From Patescibacteria group bacterium (GTDB lineage Bacteria > Patescibacteriota > Patescibacteriia > Patescibacteriales > UBA12465): a DNA stretch of 64,000 nt. The stretch is from positions 357,883-421,882 of the forward strand of contig JBAZJK010000001.1 in NCBI GenBank assembly GCA_041651355.1, in the 5' to 3' direction. Under the pieces are notes generated by a model, which was not told where the DNA came from, searched no databases, and was given only the letters and a program-made list of their open reading frames with translations. Made by a program: the position numbers and the translations under genes. Within the stretch, counting starts at the first letter, position 1. Each line of letters begins with the position of its first letter. Below are positions 54,198 through 62,869 of the stretch, piece by piece.

Positions 54198-55304
54198 TTA
54201 AGGTTTTCTCTTCAAGGCTAAGATGTGTCGCGTTCCAGCATCACCACCGTTGACCGTTTGGCGATTAATGACGTTACCAGAAGCGCCAGCGGTCGGAATA
54301 GTGATGTAGGCTGAAGAGATCGAAGTATCATTACCCTGCAGATTACGATACTGGCTTAAACCAATATTAGCCCAGCCGGCAGTCTGCAAGGCCCAGGAAT
54401 TGTCATCACCCGTAGTCCAAAACGCTAAGACCATGGCTCCGTCCGTATTAGTATTGATCCCGGTAATAGTCACATTCCTAGGATTTGCCGGAGCTGTGAA
54501 GGTGCCACCCGTCTGAGCTACATCCAAAACGCTAGTTGGATTGACGTTACGGAAAACATGCATAACAACTGTTAAACCTAGGGTGCCTGAACCGACCGTA
54601 ATACTGGGATCAGCTGACCAGCTGCCGTTATAGACAGCATAGAAGATACGGGAAACATTGGTAGTGCCGTTAGCGACTTGGGTGAGAGCGGTCCAGCTCT
54701 GTCCGCCGGTATTGGAAACGGAGAGGGTGGCCGAAGCGCGATAGCTAGCTATTATTAAAGCCACGTCGCCAACCTGCATACCACTGGGTGGTGTCACTGA
54801 TACAGTCGGACCAGCCTTAGTCCCGTTATCAGGCGGATTAGAAGCGCTACCGACTATACTTATATCGGATACGGAAACTTTGGCCCAATCATCCAGATAG
54901 GTTGCCAAGCTTAAACTACCACTCCTTTGGCTATTCTGGGCCCAGGTAACGGTCGAAGTGGCGATTTTACGGCTGGTACTAGCGCTAGCGATCGAGATTT
55001 GCCTGGTAAATTCTCCATTAGTACTGCTTGTACCGGTCAGGACCCACTGACCAGTACTGGTTGAGAGGCCATAGGTGCCAACACTTAAATTATCAAAGGA
55101 GGAGTCGCGGATATTGCGTACCGCCTCCAGTCCCTCCTCAGCATAATCTAAGGCTCTCTGGCGGCTGCCGCTTAAAGCGATCGATTCAACCCCGTAGAGA
55201 TAGGCTCTCACCGCAAAAACCGCCAGCAACAGAAGTAGCGTGGCGCTTAAAATAACTTCGACCAATGCGAAGCCGGATTTAATAATATATTGTTCCTTGG
55301 GCAT
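54198..55304 (-). CDS. Large minor pilin (368 aa) with Thr/Ser/Gly-rich C-terminal domain
   Basis: The motif is SGFALVEVILSATLLLLLAV. Confidence 0.65.
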   Translation of the reverse strand: MPKEQYIIKSGFALVEVILSATLLLLLAVFAVRAYLYGVESIALSGSRQRALDYAEEGLEAVRNIRDSSFDNLSVGTYGLSTSTGQWVLTGTSSTNGEFTRQISIASASTSRKIATSTVTWAQNSQRSGSLSLATYLDDWAKVSVSDISIVGSASNPPDNGTKAGPTVSVTPPSGMQVGDVALIIASYRASATLSVSNTGGQSWTALTQVANGTTNVSRIFYAVYNGSWSADPSITVGSGTLGLTVVMHVFRNVNPTSVLDVAQTGGTFTAPANPRNVTITGINTNTDGAMVLAFWTTGDDNSWALQTAGWANIGLSQYRNLQGNDTSISSAYITIPTAGASGNVINRQTVNGGDAGTRHILALKRKP

Positions 55305-55722
55305 TTATATGGATATAACGGACTTCATTATCGGGATTTTTGAGGGTCGTAGTTGCGGCGCTTACGGGCGTGCTAGTCGCTTTTAAGAAGATTACTTCCG
55401 TGGTACTGCTGGCGACGACCTTCCCGGGAAAGACTTTAAGCTCGTCATAGTTGCTATCTCGGGCAGCATAAGAATTACCCTTGAAGATGGTGGAATTCGT
55501 GGCGTTAGCATATACTCCCCAGCTAGAATCAAGCTCCATAGTCCGCGCTAAGACTTGCGCACGACGATAATCCTGAACCAAGGTTTGCGTCGCTAGATCA
55601 AGGTTATTCCTGGTTTGGAAATGGTTATAGACGGGCGCCATAATGCCAAATAAAAAAGCCAGGAAGGAGATTACTAACAAAATTTCGAGCAAGGTAAAGC
55701 CGGATGCGTTCTTTCTAAGCAT
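55279..55722 (-). CDS. Minor pilin (GspH/FimT-like)
   Basis: The motif is SGFTLLEILLVISFLAFLFG. Confidence 0.65.
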   Translation of the reverse strand: MLRKNASGFTLLEILLVISFLAFLFGIMAPVYNHFQTRNNLDLATQTLVQDYRRAQVLARTMELDSSWGVYANATNSTIFKGNSYAARDSNYDELKVFPGKVVASSTTEVIFLKATSTPVSAATTTLKNPDNEVRYIHINAQGTIYY

Positions 55723-55725
55723 ATT

Positions 55726-56874
55726 TTAATATTGGCTCATGCCTCCAATCAAGCTATATATCGGCAAAATAATCGCTAGAGCCACTCCAACCACTCCTAG
55801 CCAAACAATGATGAGCATTAAGGGCTCTAAGAAAATGACTAAGTTTTTCGTGGTCGTTTCCGTCTTCTCCTCGTAACGATGGCCGATTTTTTGTAAGATA
55901 TCGGGTAAATTGCCGGATTGTTCACCGGCTACAATCATCTGCTGGATCGGATAGGGAAGGAGGCTGTTAAGATTGCGGAATTTCTGGAAACTGTTTTTGA
56001 ACGATTCGCCTTCACCTATTTTTTCCTTTAGAAACAGACAGAGGCGGCGGTAGCGGTAAAAACCGCTGGCGGCGGCGCTAGATTCTAAGGCTTCCTCAAT
56101 CGGGATGCCGGCCTCCAGTAATATGCCTAAAAGATAAGCAAAGCGTCCGACCTCTACTTCCTGGATTAGTTTTTTGAAACCCGGAGTGGCAAAGATAAGG
56201 CTTTGCCCGATAAATTTAGTCTTTTTGTTGAAAAAAACCAAATAAAAGAAGGCGGCCAGGAAAATGATTAAAGCGGGGAAGAAATAAGCACCGTTATTCT
56301 CTAAGAAAGCCCCGAAATCGATCAGATAGCGGGTAATCAGCGGAAGGGCAATATCCATCTGTTTAAAGACATTAGCCAGACGGGGCAGGATAAACCAAGA
56401 GACGCCAATTGCTACGACCAGGGCAATAATCAGGATAAAGGTGGGGTACATCATGGCGGAACGCAATTTCGAATGGAAGCTTTGGTCTTTTTGGTTTTGA
56501 TCAGCCACTATCTTTAAATTATCTGCTAAGCGGCCGCTCGACTCTCCCACCCGGACGAGAGCGACTGCTGCCGGACTAAAGATCTTGGTAGTCATTAAAA
56601 CGCGCCATAAGGGGGAACCGTTATCGACTTCTTCTTTGACTTGGGCTAAAACTTTTTTTAAAAAGCTTGATTTTATCTCTCCAGCTACCGCCTCTAAAGA
56701 AGAGGAGATGTTCAAGCCAGCCGCTAAGAGTAAGGTTAGGTTTTCTATCAAAATCTCTTTCTCTTTCTTAATAAAAAAACCGCGCCAAGAATTTATTTGC
56801 GAAGGCGCTTTCGATCGCGTTTTTCCTGAAAGCTTATTTTTCATAAGGGCTATTAGCGACTCGCAGAAGCTCAT
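55726..56874 (-). CDS. pilC: Type IV pilus platform protein PilC/GspF family
   Basis: It has two GspF-type repeats and 3 TM helices. It follows pilB with a 41-nt overlap, so a later start (for example 56844) is possible. Confidence 0.8.
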   Translation of the reverse strand: MSFCESLIALMKNKLSGKTRSKAPSQINSWRGFFIKKEKEILIENLTLLLAAGLNISSSLEAVAGEIKSSFLKKVLAQVKEEVDNGSPLWRVLMTTKIFSPAAVALVRVGESSGRLADNLKIVADQNQKDQSFHSKLRSAMMYPTFILIIALVVAIGVSWFILPRLANVFKQMDIALPLITRYLIDFGAFLENNGAYFFPALIIFLAAFFYLVFFNKKTKFIGQSLIFATPGFKKLIQEVEVGRFAYLLGILLEAGIPIEEALESSAAASGFYRYRRLCLFLKEKIGEGESFKNSFQKFRNLNSLLPYPIQQMIVAGEQSGNLPDILQKIGHRYEEKTETTTKNLVIFLEPLMLIIVWLGVVGVALAIILPIYSLIGGMSQY

Positions 56875-58489
56875 CGATAGTAGTTAATCCGTTTTTTACT
56901 TTATCTAAACCATCTTCAAACATGGAACGGCTGCCATTTTTTCTAGCTAAACTTTGGATTTCTTGGGTTGAAGGGTGTTTCAGTATCAGTTCGCGTAAAT
57001 TCTGCTCTAAAGCGATGAATTCGAATAAACCGATCCGGCCTCGGTATCCGGTTTGGGAACAAGTCGGACAACCCCGGCCTTGATAGAGGGTAATCTTGGT
57101 TTTCGGGAAAAAACGGGCCAGTCCAGGATATTTTTTTTCTAATTCGGATTTAGTTAAAGTGGTGGAATAACGGCAAGATTCACAAATCCTCCGCGCTAGC
57201 CTTTGGGCGATAATCAGTTCTAAGGTAGAAGATAAGAGGAAGGGCTCTATTCCCATATCGATCAAGCGGGGAATGGCTGTAGCGGCATTATTAGCATGGA
57301 AAGTCGAGAGTAATAAATGGCCGGTCAAGGCGGCGTTAACCGCGATTTCAGCGGTTTCCTGATCCCTAATTTCTCCGACCAAAATAATATCCGGATCTTG
57401 GCGGACGATTGATTTGAGGCCAGTAGCGAAACTTAGATTTGTCTGCTGATTAATTTGGATCTGGTTAATCCCGGTAATTTTCATCTCTACCGGATCTTCG
57501 ATTGTCGTAATGTTAACTTCCGGTTTATTTAAAGTCTTTAAAACCGCATATAGGGTCGTGCTCTTGCCAGACCCGGTCGGCCCGGTAACTAGGATCATAC
57601 CGAAAGGCTTTTTAGCGGCGCTCTCCAATTGAGCCTGCTCCTCGCCGCTTAAACCTAGATCGCTTAAAGCGAAACCGCGCATGTATTCGGCCAAGAGACG
57701 TAAAACCATCTTTTCGCCATCAAGGGTTGGGATAATCGACAGACGAGCGTCAATATATTTACCGTTATTAGTAAAATGAATGGATCCGTCTTGGGCGGCA
57801 AAATGTTCGTCGATGCGTAAGTGAGCTTGGACTTTGAGTCGGTTAACGATATTTTCGTAATACTCTTTAGGGAGGCGACCGGCATCCTGTAAAACACCAT
57901 CGACACGGAACCTAACTAATATTTCCTTTTCTTGGGGCTCGAAATGGATATCCGAAGCCTTGAAAACGCTGGCATCTTGGATGATTTCTGTGATTATTTC
58001 CGGGGCAACCTTCTTCTGGCCGGCGATGATCTGGCTGAAACGAGTTTCTAAAGTCTTACGATATGATTCCTCTAGGACAGCATCGATATCGCGTGTCAAA
58101 GAATAGGCTAAACTGAGACTCTTTTTAGGAAAGAGGGCTTTTAATTTCGAGATTATCTTGGCATTCTCCGGTAAATCAGTGGTCAGGATCACTCGCTTGT
58201 CATCTTCGCTGAATAGGATTAAGCGGAATTTTTTCGCCACTTCTTCCGGGATCTTCTTGACCTGGCTGACGCTGGGCTTCTGAGAATTAAGGTCAGCGTA
58301 GTTTAATTTAAAAAATTCCGCCAAAGCTTGGCCGATTAAGTCGGCATTTAAAAAATCCCCCTCAATCAAATAATCAAAAAGGGGTAGATGTTGCTTCTGG
58401 CTATCCTCAAGAGCTTTAGCTAAAATTTGGCCGTCAATATAATTTTCTGAGGCCAAAATACGGGCAAGTTGCTCGTCTTTTATATTCAT
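56834..58489 (-). CDS. pilB: Type IV pilus assembly ATPase PilB/GspE family
   Basis: Motifs are Walker A GPTGSGKSTTLY, Asp box, Walker B ILVGEIRD and the tetracysteine CESCR..CPTC. Confidence 0.85.
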   Translation of the reverse strand: MNIKDEQLARILASENYIDGQILAKALEDSQKQHLPLFDYLIEGDFLNADLIGQALAEFFKLNYADLNSQKPSVSQVKKIPEEVAKKFRLILFSEDDKRVILTTDLPENAKIISKLKALFPKKSLSLAYSLTRDIDAVLEESYRKTLETRFSQIIAGQKKVAPEIITEIIQDASVFKASDIHFEPQEKEILVRFRVDGVLQDAGRLPKEYYENIVNRLKVQAHLRIDEHFAAQDGSIHFTNNGKYIDARLSIIPTLDGEKMVLRLLAEYMRGFALSDLGLSGEEQAQLESAAKKPFGMILVTGPTGSGKSTTLYAVLKTLNKPEVNITTIEDPVEMKITGINQIQINQQTNLSFATGLKSIVRQDPDIILVGEIRDQETAEIAVNAALTGHLLLSTFHANNAATAIPRLIDMGIEPFLLSSTLELIIAQRLARRICESCRYSTTLTKSELEKKYPGLARFFPKTKITLYQGRGCPTCSQTGYRGRIGLFEFIALEQNLRELILKHPSTQEIQSLARKNGSRSMFEDGLDKVKNGLTTIDELLRVANSPYEK

Positions 58490-58498
58490 AGTGACAGG

Positions 58499-58882
58499 CT
58501 AGGGATTTAAAATTTTCTGAATATGGGAAACCAGATTCACTAGCGGAGTATCTGATTTGACGAAATAGGCGCTAGCGCCCAAACTTTGAGCTTTTTCCAT
58601 GTCGCCGCTCTGGCTAAGATTAGACAAAACTATGACAGCTGGCTGTTTCTTTTTAGTCTTAAGTTCCTCTAAAAAGGCGAAACCGTCTTTTTTGGGCATC
58701 ATTAGGTCAAGCAAGACCAAGTCAAACAGATCTTTAGTGACCATATCAATAGCATCCTCTCCATTACTAACAACACTCACCTTGTACCCGCAGTGTTCTA
58801 ATTTAAGCTGAAGAGCCTTGGCAATCGGCCGATCATCTTCAGCAATCAGGATTTTTTTAGATTTCTTTTCTGTCATATGCAA
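58499..58882 (-). CDS. Single-domain response regulator heading the pilus operon
   Basis: Motifs are ILIAEDD, DLVLLDLMMPKKDG and VKSD. Confidence 0.75.
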   Translation of the reverse strand: MHMTEKKSKKILIAEDDRPIAKALQLKLEHCGYKVSVVSNGEDAIDMVTKDLFDLVLLDLMMPKKDGFAFLEELKTKKKQPAVIVLSNLSQSGDMEKAQSLGASAYFVKSDTPLVNLVSHIQKILNP

Positions 58883-59010
58883 CTAAGCTCCATTTAATCT
58901 AATAGTATCATAATCTGGAAAAGCTGACAATTTATTTTTTCTACTTTTGACTTAATTGTTCAAAAATATTAAAATGATAAAGTAAGACTAAAAAATTAAG
59001 ATAATTACTT

Positions 59011-59424
59011 ATGCCTTATATCAAATGGGAAGACTCATTTTCGGTCGGCGTCCATGAAATAGATGAACAGCACCAGAAGATTATCGAGATCATTAACCGC
59101 TTGAGCCAAATGTATGAAAAGAAAGAAGTTCAGGATTTCGTGTTAGAGGATATTATCAAGGAATTATCAGATTATGCCGACTACCACTTCGCGACCGAAG
59201 AAAAGTACTTCAAAAAATTCGCCTACGAAAAAACCGAAGGGCATATCGCTATGCATAATAATTATCGGGATAAGATCGGCGAACTTAGGGTGAAATATCT
59301 AGCGGATAAGAAAGAGGATGTCTTTTTCGAACTGACCAACTATCTGCACGACTGGTGGCTTTGGCACATCAACAACGCGGACAAGGAATATACGGAGTGC
59401 TTCCAAAATAACGGCTTAAATTAA
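59011..59424 (+). CDS. Bacteriohemerythrin-like protein (second copy)
   Basis: Segments are IKWEDSFSVGVHEIDEQHQKIIEIINRL...HFATEEKYF...WLWHINNADKEY. Confidence 0.75.
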   Translation: MPYIKWEDSFSVGVHEIDEQHQKIIEIINRLSQMYEKKEVQDFVLEDIIKELSDYADYHFATEEKYFKKFAYEKTEGHIAMHNNYRDKIGELRVKYLADKKEDVFFELTNYLHDWWLWHINNADKEYTECFQNNGLN

Positions 59425-59435
59425 AATTGAAAAAT

Positions 59436-59657
59436 ATGCAAGATTTAAATTCATTCATCATCGACTTCGTCTGGGTCTTCGTTTTACTCATGATCTGGCA
59501 GCTAGTCTGGAAAGGCTTAGCTCTCTGGAAGGCGGGGAAACGCCAGGATAAAGTCTGGTTTGTTATCCTATTTTTACTCAATACTCTCGGAATCCTGGAT
59601 ATCATCTACCTCTTCGCCGTGAAAACCAAGCAGACTCCTACTAACAATAATAATTAA
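59436..59657 (+). CDS. Small 2-TM membrane protein
   Basis: TM segments are FVWVFVLLMIWQLVWKGLALW and VWFVILFLLNTLGILDIIYLF. An ATG at 59436 lies inside the track ORF 59427-59657. Confidence 0.5.
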   Translation: MQDLNSFIIDFVWVFVLLMIWQLVWKGLALWKAGKRQDKVWFVILFLLNTLGILDIIYLFAVKTKQTPTNNNN

Positions 59658-59666
59658 AATAAGCTT

Positions 59667-60086
59667 ATGAAGAAAAAAGGCTTCACTTTGATTGAGCTTT
59701 TGGTAGTAATCGCTATCATCGCTTTACTAGCTACCATCGCGGTTATCGCCTTGGGCCAATCCCGTATCAGGGCTCGCGATGCGAGACGCCTGTCTGATAT
59801 CAAGCAGATCCAGACCGCCCTCGGCTTATATGTCCATGACGCCGGCTCTTATCCGAGCGATCTAGCGTCCGGAACGATTGCTTATAGCGGCACTACCTAT
59901 ATGTCCATACTACCGACCCCACCGACTCCGGATGACGGCTGTACTGGATCGACCCAATACACCTACGCCGTCCAAGCGGTCGGAGGCAATGCTGCTGGTT
60001 CCTATACTTTACGCTATTGTCTTGGAGCCGCCTCAGGCGATATCAGCTCCGGCCTGCATACGGCCACTCCGGGCGGAATTGAATAA
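59667..60086 (+). CDS. Type IV major pilin candidate
   Basis: The motif is KKGFTLIELLVVIAIIALLATIAVIAL. Confidence 0.8.
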   Translation: MKKKGFTLIELLVVIAIIALLATIAVIALGQSRIRARDARRLSDIKQIQTALGLYVHDAGSYPSDLASGTIAYSGTTYMSILPTPPTPDDGCTGSTQYTYAVQAVGGNAAGSYTLRYCLGAASGDISSGLHTATPGGIE

Positions 60087-60104
60087 AATAAGAGGAAAAT
60101 TTGA

Positions 60105-60130
60105 TAAAACCGCCAGAACAGGCGGTTTTA
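60105..60130 (+). terminator. Intrinsic terminator
   Basis: The hairpin is AAACCGCC-AGAACA-GGCGGTTT. Confidence 0.65.
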
Positions 60131-60183
60131 TGGTAAAATAAAAAGAGCTCCTAGGGCGTAATAATAAAAGCATAATAAAAACA

Positions 60184-60762
60184 ATGGTTAATAATCTAGA
60201 GCTTTGGGATAAAAAAAGCGATCAAGAGCTGGTAGCCATGACCCTTAAGGATAAGGAGGCTTTTGTCTATTTGCTTAAGCGCTATGAAGATAAATTGAGA
60301 CGCTACATCCGTCGCATCTCTAATTTCAGCCCGGAAGAAACCGAGGATGTCTTGCAGGAGGTTTTTTTGAAAGTCTATAAAAACCTAAACGGCTTCGATG
60401 CCGATCTTAAGTTTTCTTCTTGGATATACCGCATTACCCACAACCAAGTTATCAGCAGTCACCGCCAACATCTTAGCCGGCCGCAAAGCGTAGAAATCGA
60501 TGAACAGATAGTAAACAAGATAAAATCGGAGTTCGACTTGCAAGAGCTGGTTATAAACAGTGAGCAGCAAAATCTGACCGCTGGAATCTTAGAAAAGATG
60601 AAAGATAAGTACCGAGAGATCTTGGTTCTGCGTTTCTTCGAGGATAAGAGCTATAACGAAATCTCCGATATTTTGAAAAGACCTGGAGGCACTGTAGCCA
60701 CCATGCTCAGGGAAGCGAAGAAGGAATTTAAAAAGCTCTGGCTAGAAAATAATAATAAGTAA
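60184..60762 (+). CDS. ECF-type RNA polymerase sigma-70 factor
   Basis: Region 2 is FSSWIYRITHNQVISSHR. Region 4 is SYNEISDILKRPGGTVATMLREAKKEF. Confidence 0.8.
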   Translation: MVNNLELWDKKSDQELVAMTLKDKEAFVYLLKRYEDKLRRYIRRISNFSPEETEDVLQEVFLKVYKNLNGFDADLKFSSWIYRITHNQVISSHRQHLSRPQSVEIDEQIVNKIKSEFDLQELVINSEQQNLTAGILEKMKDKYREILVLRFFEDKSYNEISDILKRPGGTVATMLREAKKEFKKLWLENNNK

Positions 60763-60766
60763 TCAT

Positions 60767-61498
60767 ATGTTAGATTTAAGCGATAAGATAATCGCTAAAA
60801 TAGAAGAACAGAAAATCAAGCCGCGCCCCAAGTGGCAATTCATGGTGAAGAAATATGCCGTCCTTACTCTGGCTATCGCTTCTTTACTCCTAGGCGGCCT
60901 GTCTTTCTCCGTGATTTTTCATTTATTAAACAACCAGGATTGGACCTGGCAGTCGATTGATCGCAGCCATTTTTTTCTCTTGATTCTCAACTCTCTCCCT
61001 TTAGCCTGGCTAGCCTTTTTCGTTCTATTCATCGTGGTGCTTTGCTATAATTTCCGCCAATTAAAACACGGTTATCGATATCCAGTGAAAACAATCGCCT
61101 TAAGCGCTCTGGTAACCATGATATTTTTCGGCACCCTCGCGGCCATCCTAGGAATCAACCGTCAGGTCCATAATCTTTTAAACCGGGTTCCTGTTTACCA
61201 AAATACCTTTGATTCCAGACTACAGGCTTGGGATCGGCCGCAAGCTGGTTTCTTAACGGGCCGGATCAAAGAATTCAATCAATCTGGCTTTACCTTAGAA
61301 AATCCCCATTTGAAAAACTGGCAGGTCATAGTGAGCCCTAAAACCATTATTGACCCGGAATTGGAGGGCGAAATCAATGAAAGGGTCCGGGTCTTCGGTT
61401 TTGTCAGCTTACCAGGCAGCTTCATCGCTCAAGAGATAAAACCCTGGGAAAGAATGCGACCGCGAGAGGGCTTAATGCCGCCACCGATGATGAGATAA
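60767..61498 (+). CDS. Membrane protein downstream of the ECF sigma (anti-sigma candidate)
   Basis: It has four TM segments and sits 4 nt after the sigma gene. Confidence 0.45.
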   Translation: MLDLSDKIIAKIEEQKIKPRPKWQFMVKKYAVLTLAIASLLLGGLSFSVIFHLLNNQDWTWQSIDRSHFFLLILNSLPLAWLAFFVLFIVVLCYNFRQLKHGYRYPVKTIALSALVTMIFFGTLAAILGINRQVHNLLNRVPVYQNTFDSRLQAWDRPQAGFLTGRIKEFNQSGFTLENPHLKNWQVIVSPKTIIDPELEGEINERVRVFGFVSLPGSFIAQEIKPWERMRPREGLMPPPMMR

Positions 61499-61502
61499 AA
61501 TA

Positions 61503-61528
61503 AAAGAGGCGTATTTGCCTCTTTTTTC
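61503..61528 (+). terminator. Intrinsic terminator
   Basis: The hairpin is AGAGGC-GTATTT-GCCTCT followed by a T-run. Confidence 0.65.
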
Positions 61529-61569
61529 TTGATTTTCAAAGGATAAAGCTTTAAAATGCTGAAGAAGAT

Positions 61570-62445
61570 ATGACCAGGAAAAAATGGCAACTATACCTCA
61601 ATTTCTGTCTGATCGCCTTCCTGGCTTTGGGCGTATTTTCCTTATCCCTGAAAGTTTTAGCGGATAACAGCTGGGAAAGGTTCGATTTCTCTAACTGGCA
61701 TCAAGCGAGGAAAGACTATCAAGACGAAGGCCAGACACAAGTTGAGGAAAAACAAACTTTACAAATTGAATCTGGTTATAAATTACCGATTTTGATGTAT
61801 CATTACATCAGCCTAGCGCCTAAGGATTCAGCTCTGCCCGGGTTATATCTGGACCCTGAAATATTTGATAAGCAATTGAAGGTAATTAATTCTGAGGCTT
61901 ATCAGAGCTTATTCATGTCAGAGGTGCCAGGAATTATAAATTCTCAAAAAAAGAATAGAAAATATATCGCTTTAACCTTCGATGATGCTTATGAGGATTT
62001 CTATGCCCAGGCCTGGCCAAGGCTTAAAGCTGCCAAGATTAAAAGCACCCTGTATGTGATTATCAACAAGCTCGATCAACCCGGCTATATCAGCCGAGAT
62101 CAACTGAAGGAGCTAGCAGGGAGCCAAATGGTAGAAATCGCTTCCCACACCTTTAATCATCCTAATTTGCAAAATTTAAACGAGCAGAAAGCTGGATATG
62201 AAATCAAAGCTAGTCGCCAAGTCCTAAGTGCCTTAAGCGGCCAGGATTTAAACAGTTTCGCTTATCCCTTCGGCTTGTATCGCGCCGAAACTTTAAAGAT
62301 AGTTAAGCAAGCCGGTTATTCTAACGCCGTTTCCACCGCGGCCGGATCACGACAAAATCAAAATGATATTTTTTCTCTCAAACGCCTACGGCCCAACAGC
62401 CGCCAGGGAGAGGATTTTCGCAAATGGTTAGACTCCTGGCAGTAA
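61570..62445 (+). CDS. Polysaccharide deacetylase (NodB homology domain)
   Basis: Motifs are ALTFDDAYEDFY and ASHTFNHPNL, with an N-terminal TM anchor. Confidence 0.8.
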   Translation: MTRKKWQLYLNFCLIAFLALGVFSLSLKVLADNSWERFDFSNWHQARKDYQDEGQTQVEEKQTLQIESGYKLPILMYHYISLAPKDSALPGLYLDPEIFDKQLKVINSEAYQSLFMSEVPGIINSQKKNRKYIALTFDDAYEDFYAQAWPRLKAAKIKSTLYVIINKLDQPGYISRDQLKELAGSQMVEIASHTFNHPNLQNLNEQKAGYEIKASRQVLSALSGQDLNSFAYPFGLYRAETLKIVKQAGYSNAVSTAAGSRQNQNDIFSLKRLRPNSRQGEDFRKWLDSWQ

Positions 62446-62526
62446 CAAAAAAGGGCTATCCTAAGATAGCCGATTTTCTTTATTTTTTGAATCCTAGCTT
62501 GGAATTATAAGCAGGGTTATGATGCT

Positions 62527-62703
62527 TTAAACTGGACTAAAGTCATCGTTTTCCAGAAGATCAAAACCTTGAGTGATCCTCAGGCCTTGGTTGGGCAAAT
62601 GGTTGATAAAAATATCAACCGGAATTTCTAGATCATCATCAAATAAGATGTCTGAGCCCTCGTCTTCGACCAAGAACGAATTTTGTTTCAAATAATCATC
62701 CAT
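62527..62703 (-). CDS. Possible small acidic ORF (58 aa)
   Basis: My own translation is MDDYLKQNSFLVEDEGSDILFDDDLEIPVDIFINHLPNQGLRITQGFDLLENDDFSPV. It is below the track cutoff. Confidence 0.25.
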   Translation of the reverse strand: MDDYLKQNSFLVEDEGSDILFDDDLEIPVDIFINHLPNQGLRITQGFDLLENDDFSPV

Positions 62704-62824
62704 TTACTAAGGATTATTTTTGTCAGTCGCAGTCTTTATGAAAGAACTACCACTTAAGGCAAGAAGCTTACAAACGCTTCGAGCCTAAAACCATGATAGC
62801 AAGAAAATGATAAAAAGTCAATTT

Positions 62825-62851
62825 AAAAACCCCTCTTTTCGAGGGGTTTTT
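62825..62851 (-). terminator. Terminator after hppA (bidirectional shape)
   Basis: An A-run, then CCCCTC-TTTTC-GAGGGG, then a T-run. Confidence 0.7.
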
Positions 62852-62869
62852 ATATTTTTATCCCGGAAT

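Noticed and set aside
38062-59605. Remaining track ORFs nested in or antisense to the annotated core genes. These are 38062-38274, 38837-39031, 40903-41166, 43912-44190, 44359-44559, 46577-46837, 46859-47086, 47631-48035, 48896-49177, 51533-51913, 52009-52317, 53814-54020, 54021-54221, 55028-55255, 56585-56887, 57664-57906, 58599-58811 and 59369-59605. Also 59878-60141, 60385-60570 and 63531-63785.
   Set aside because: Each overlaps a longer ORF with recognisable family motifs on the other strand or in another frame.
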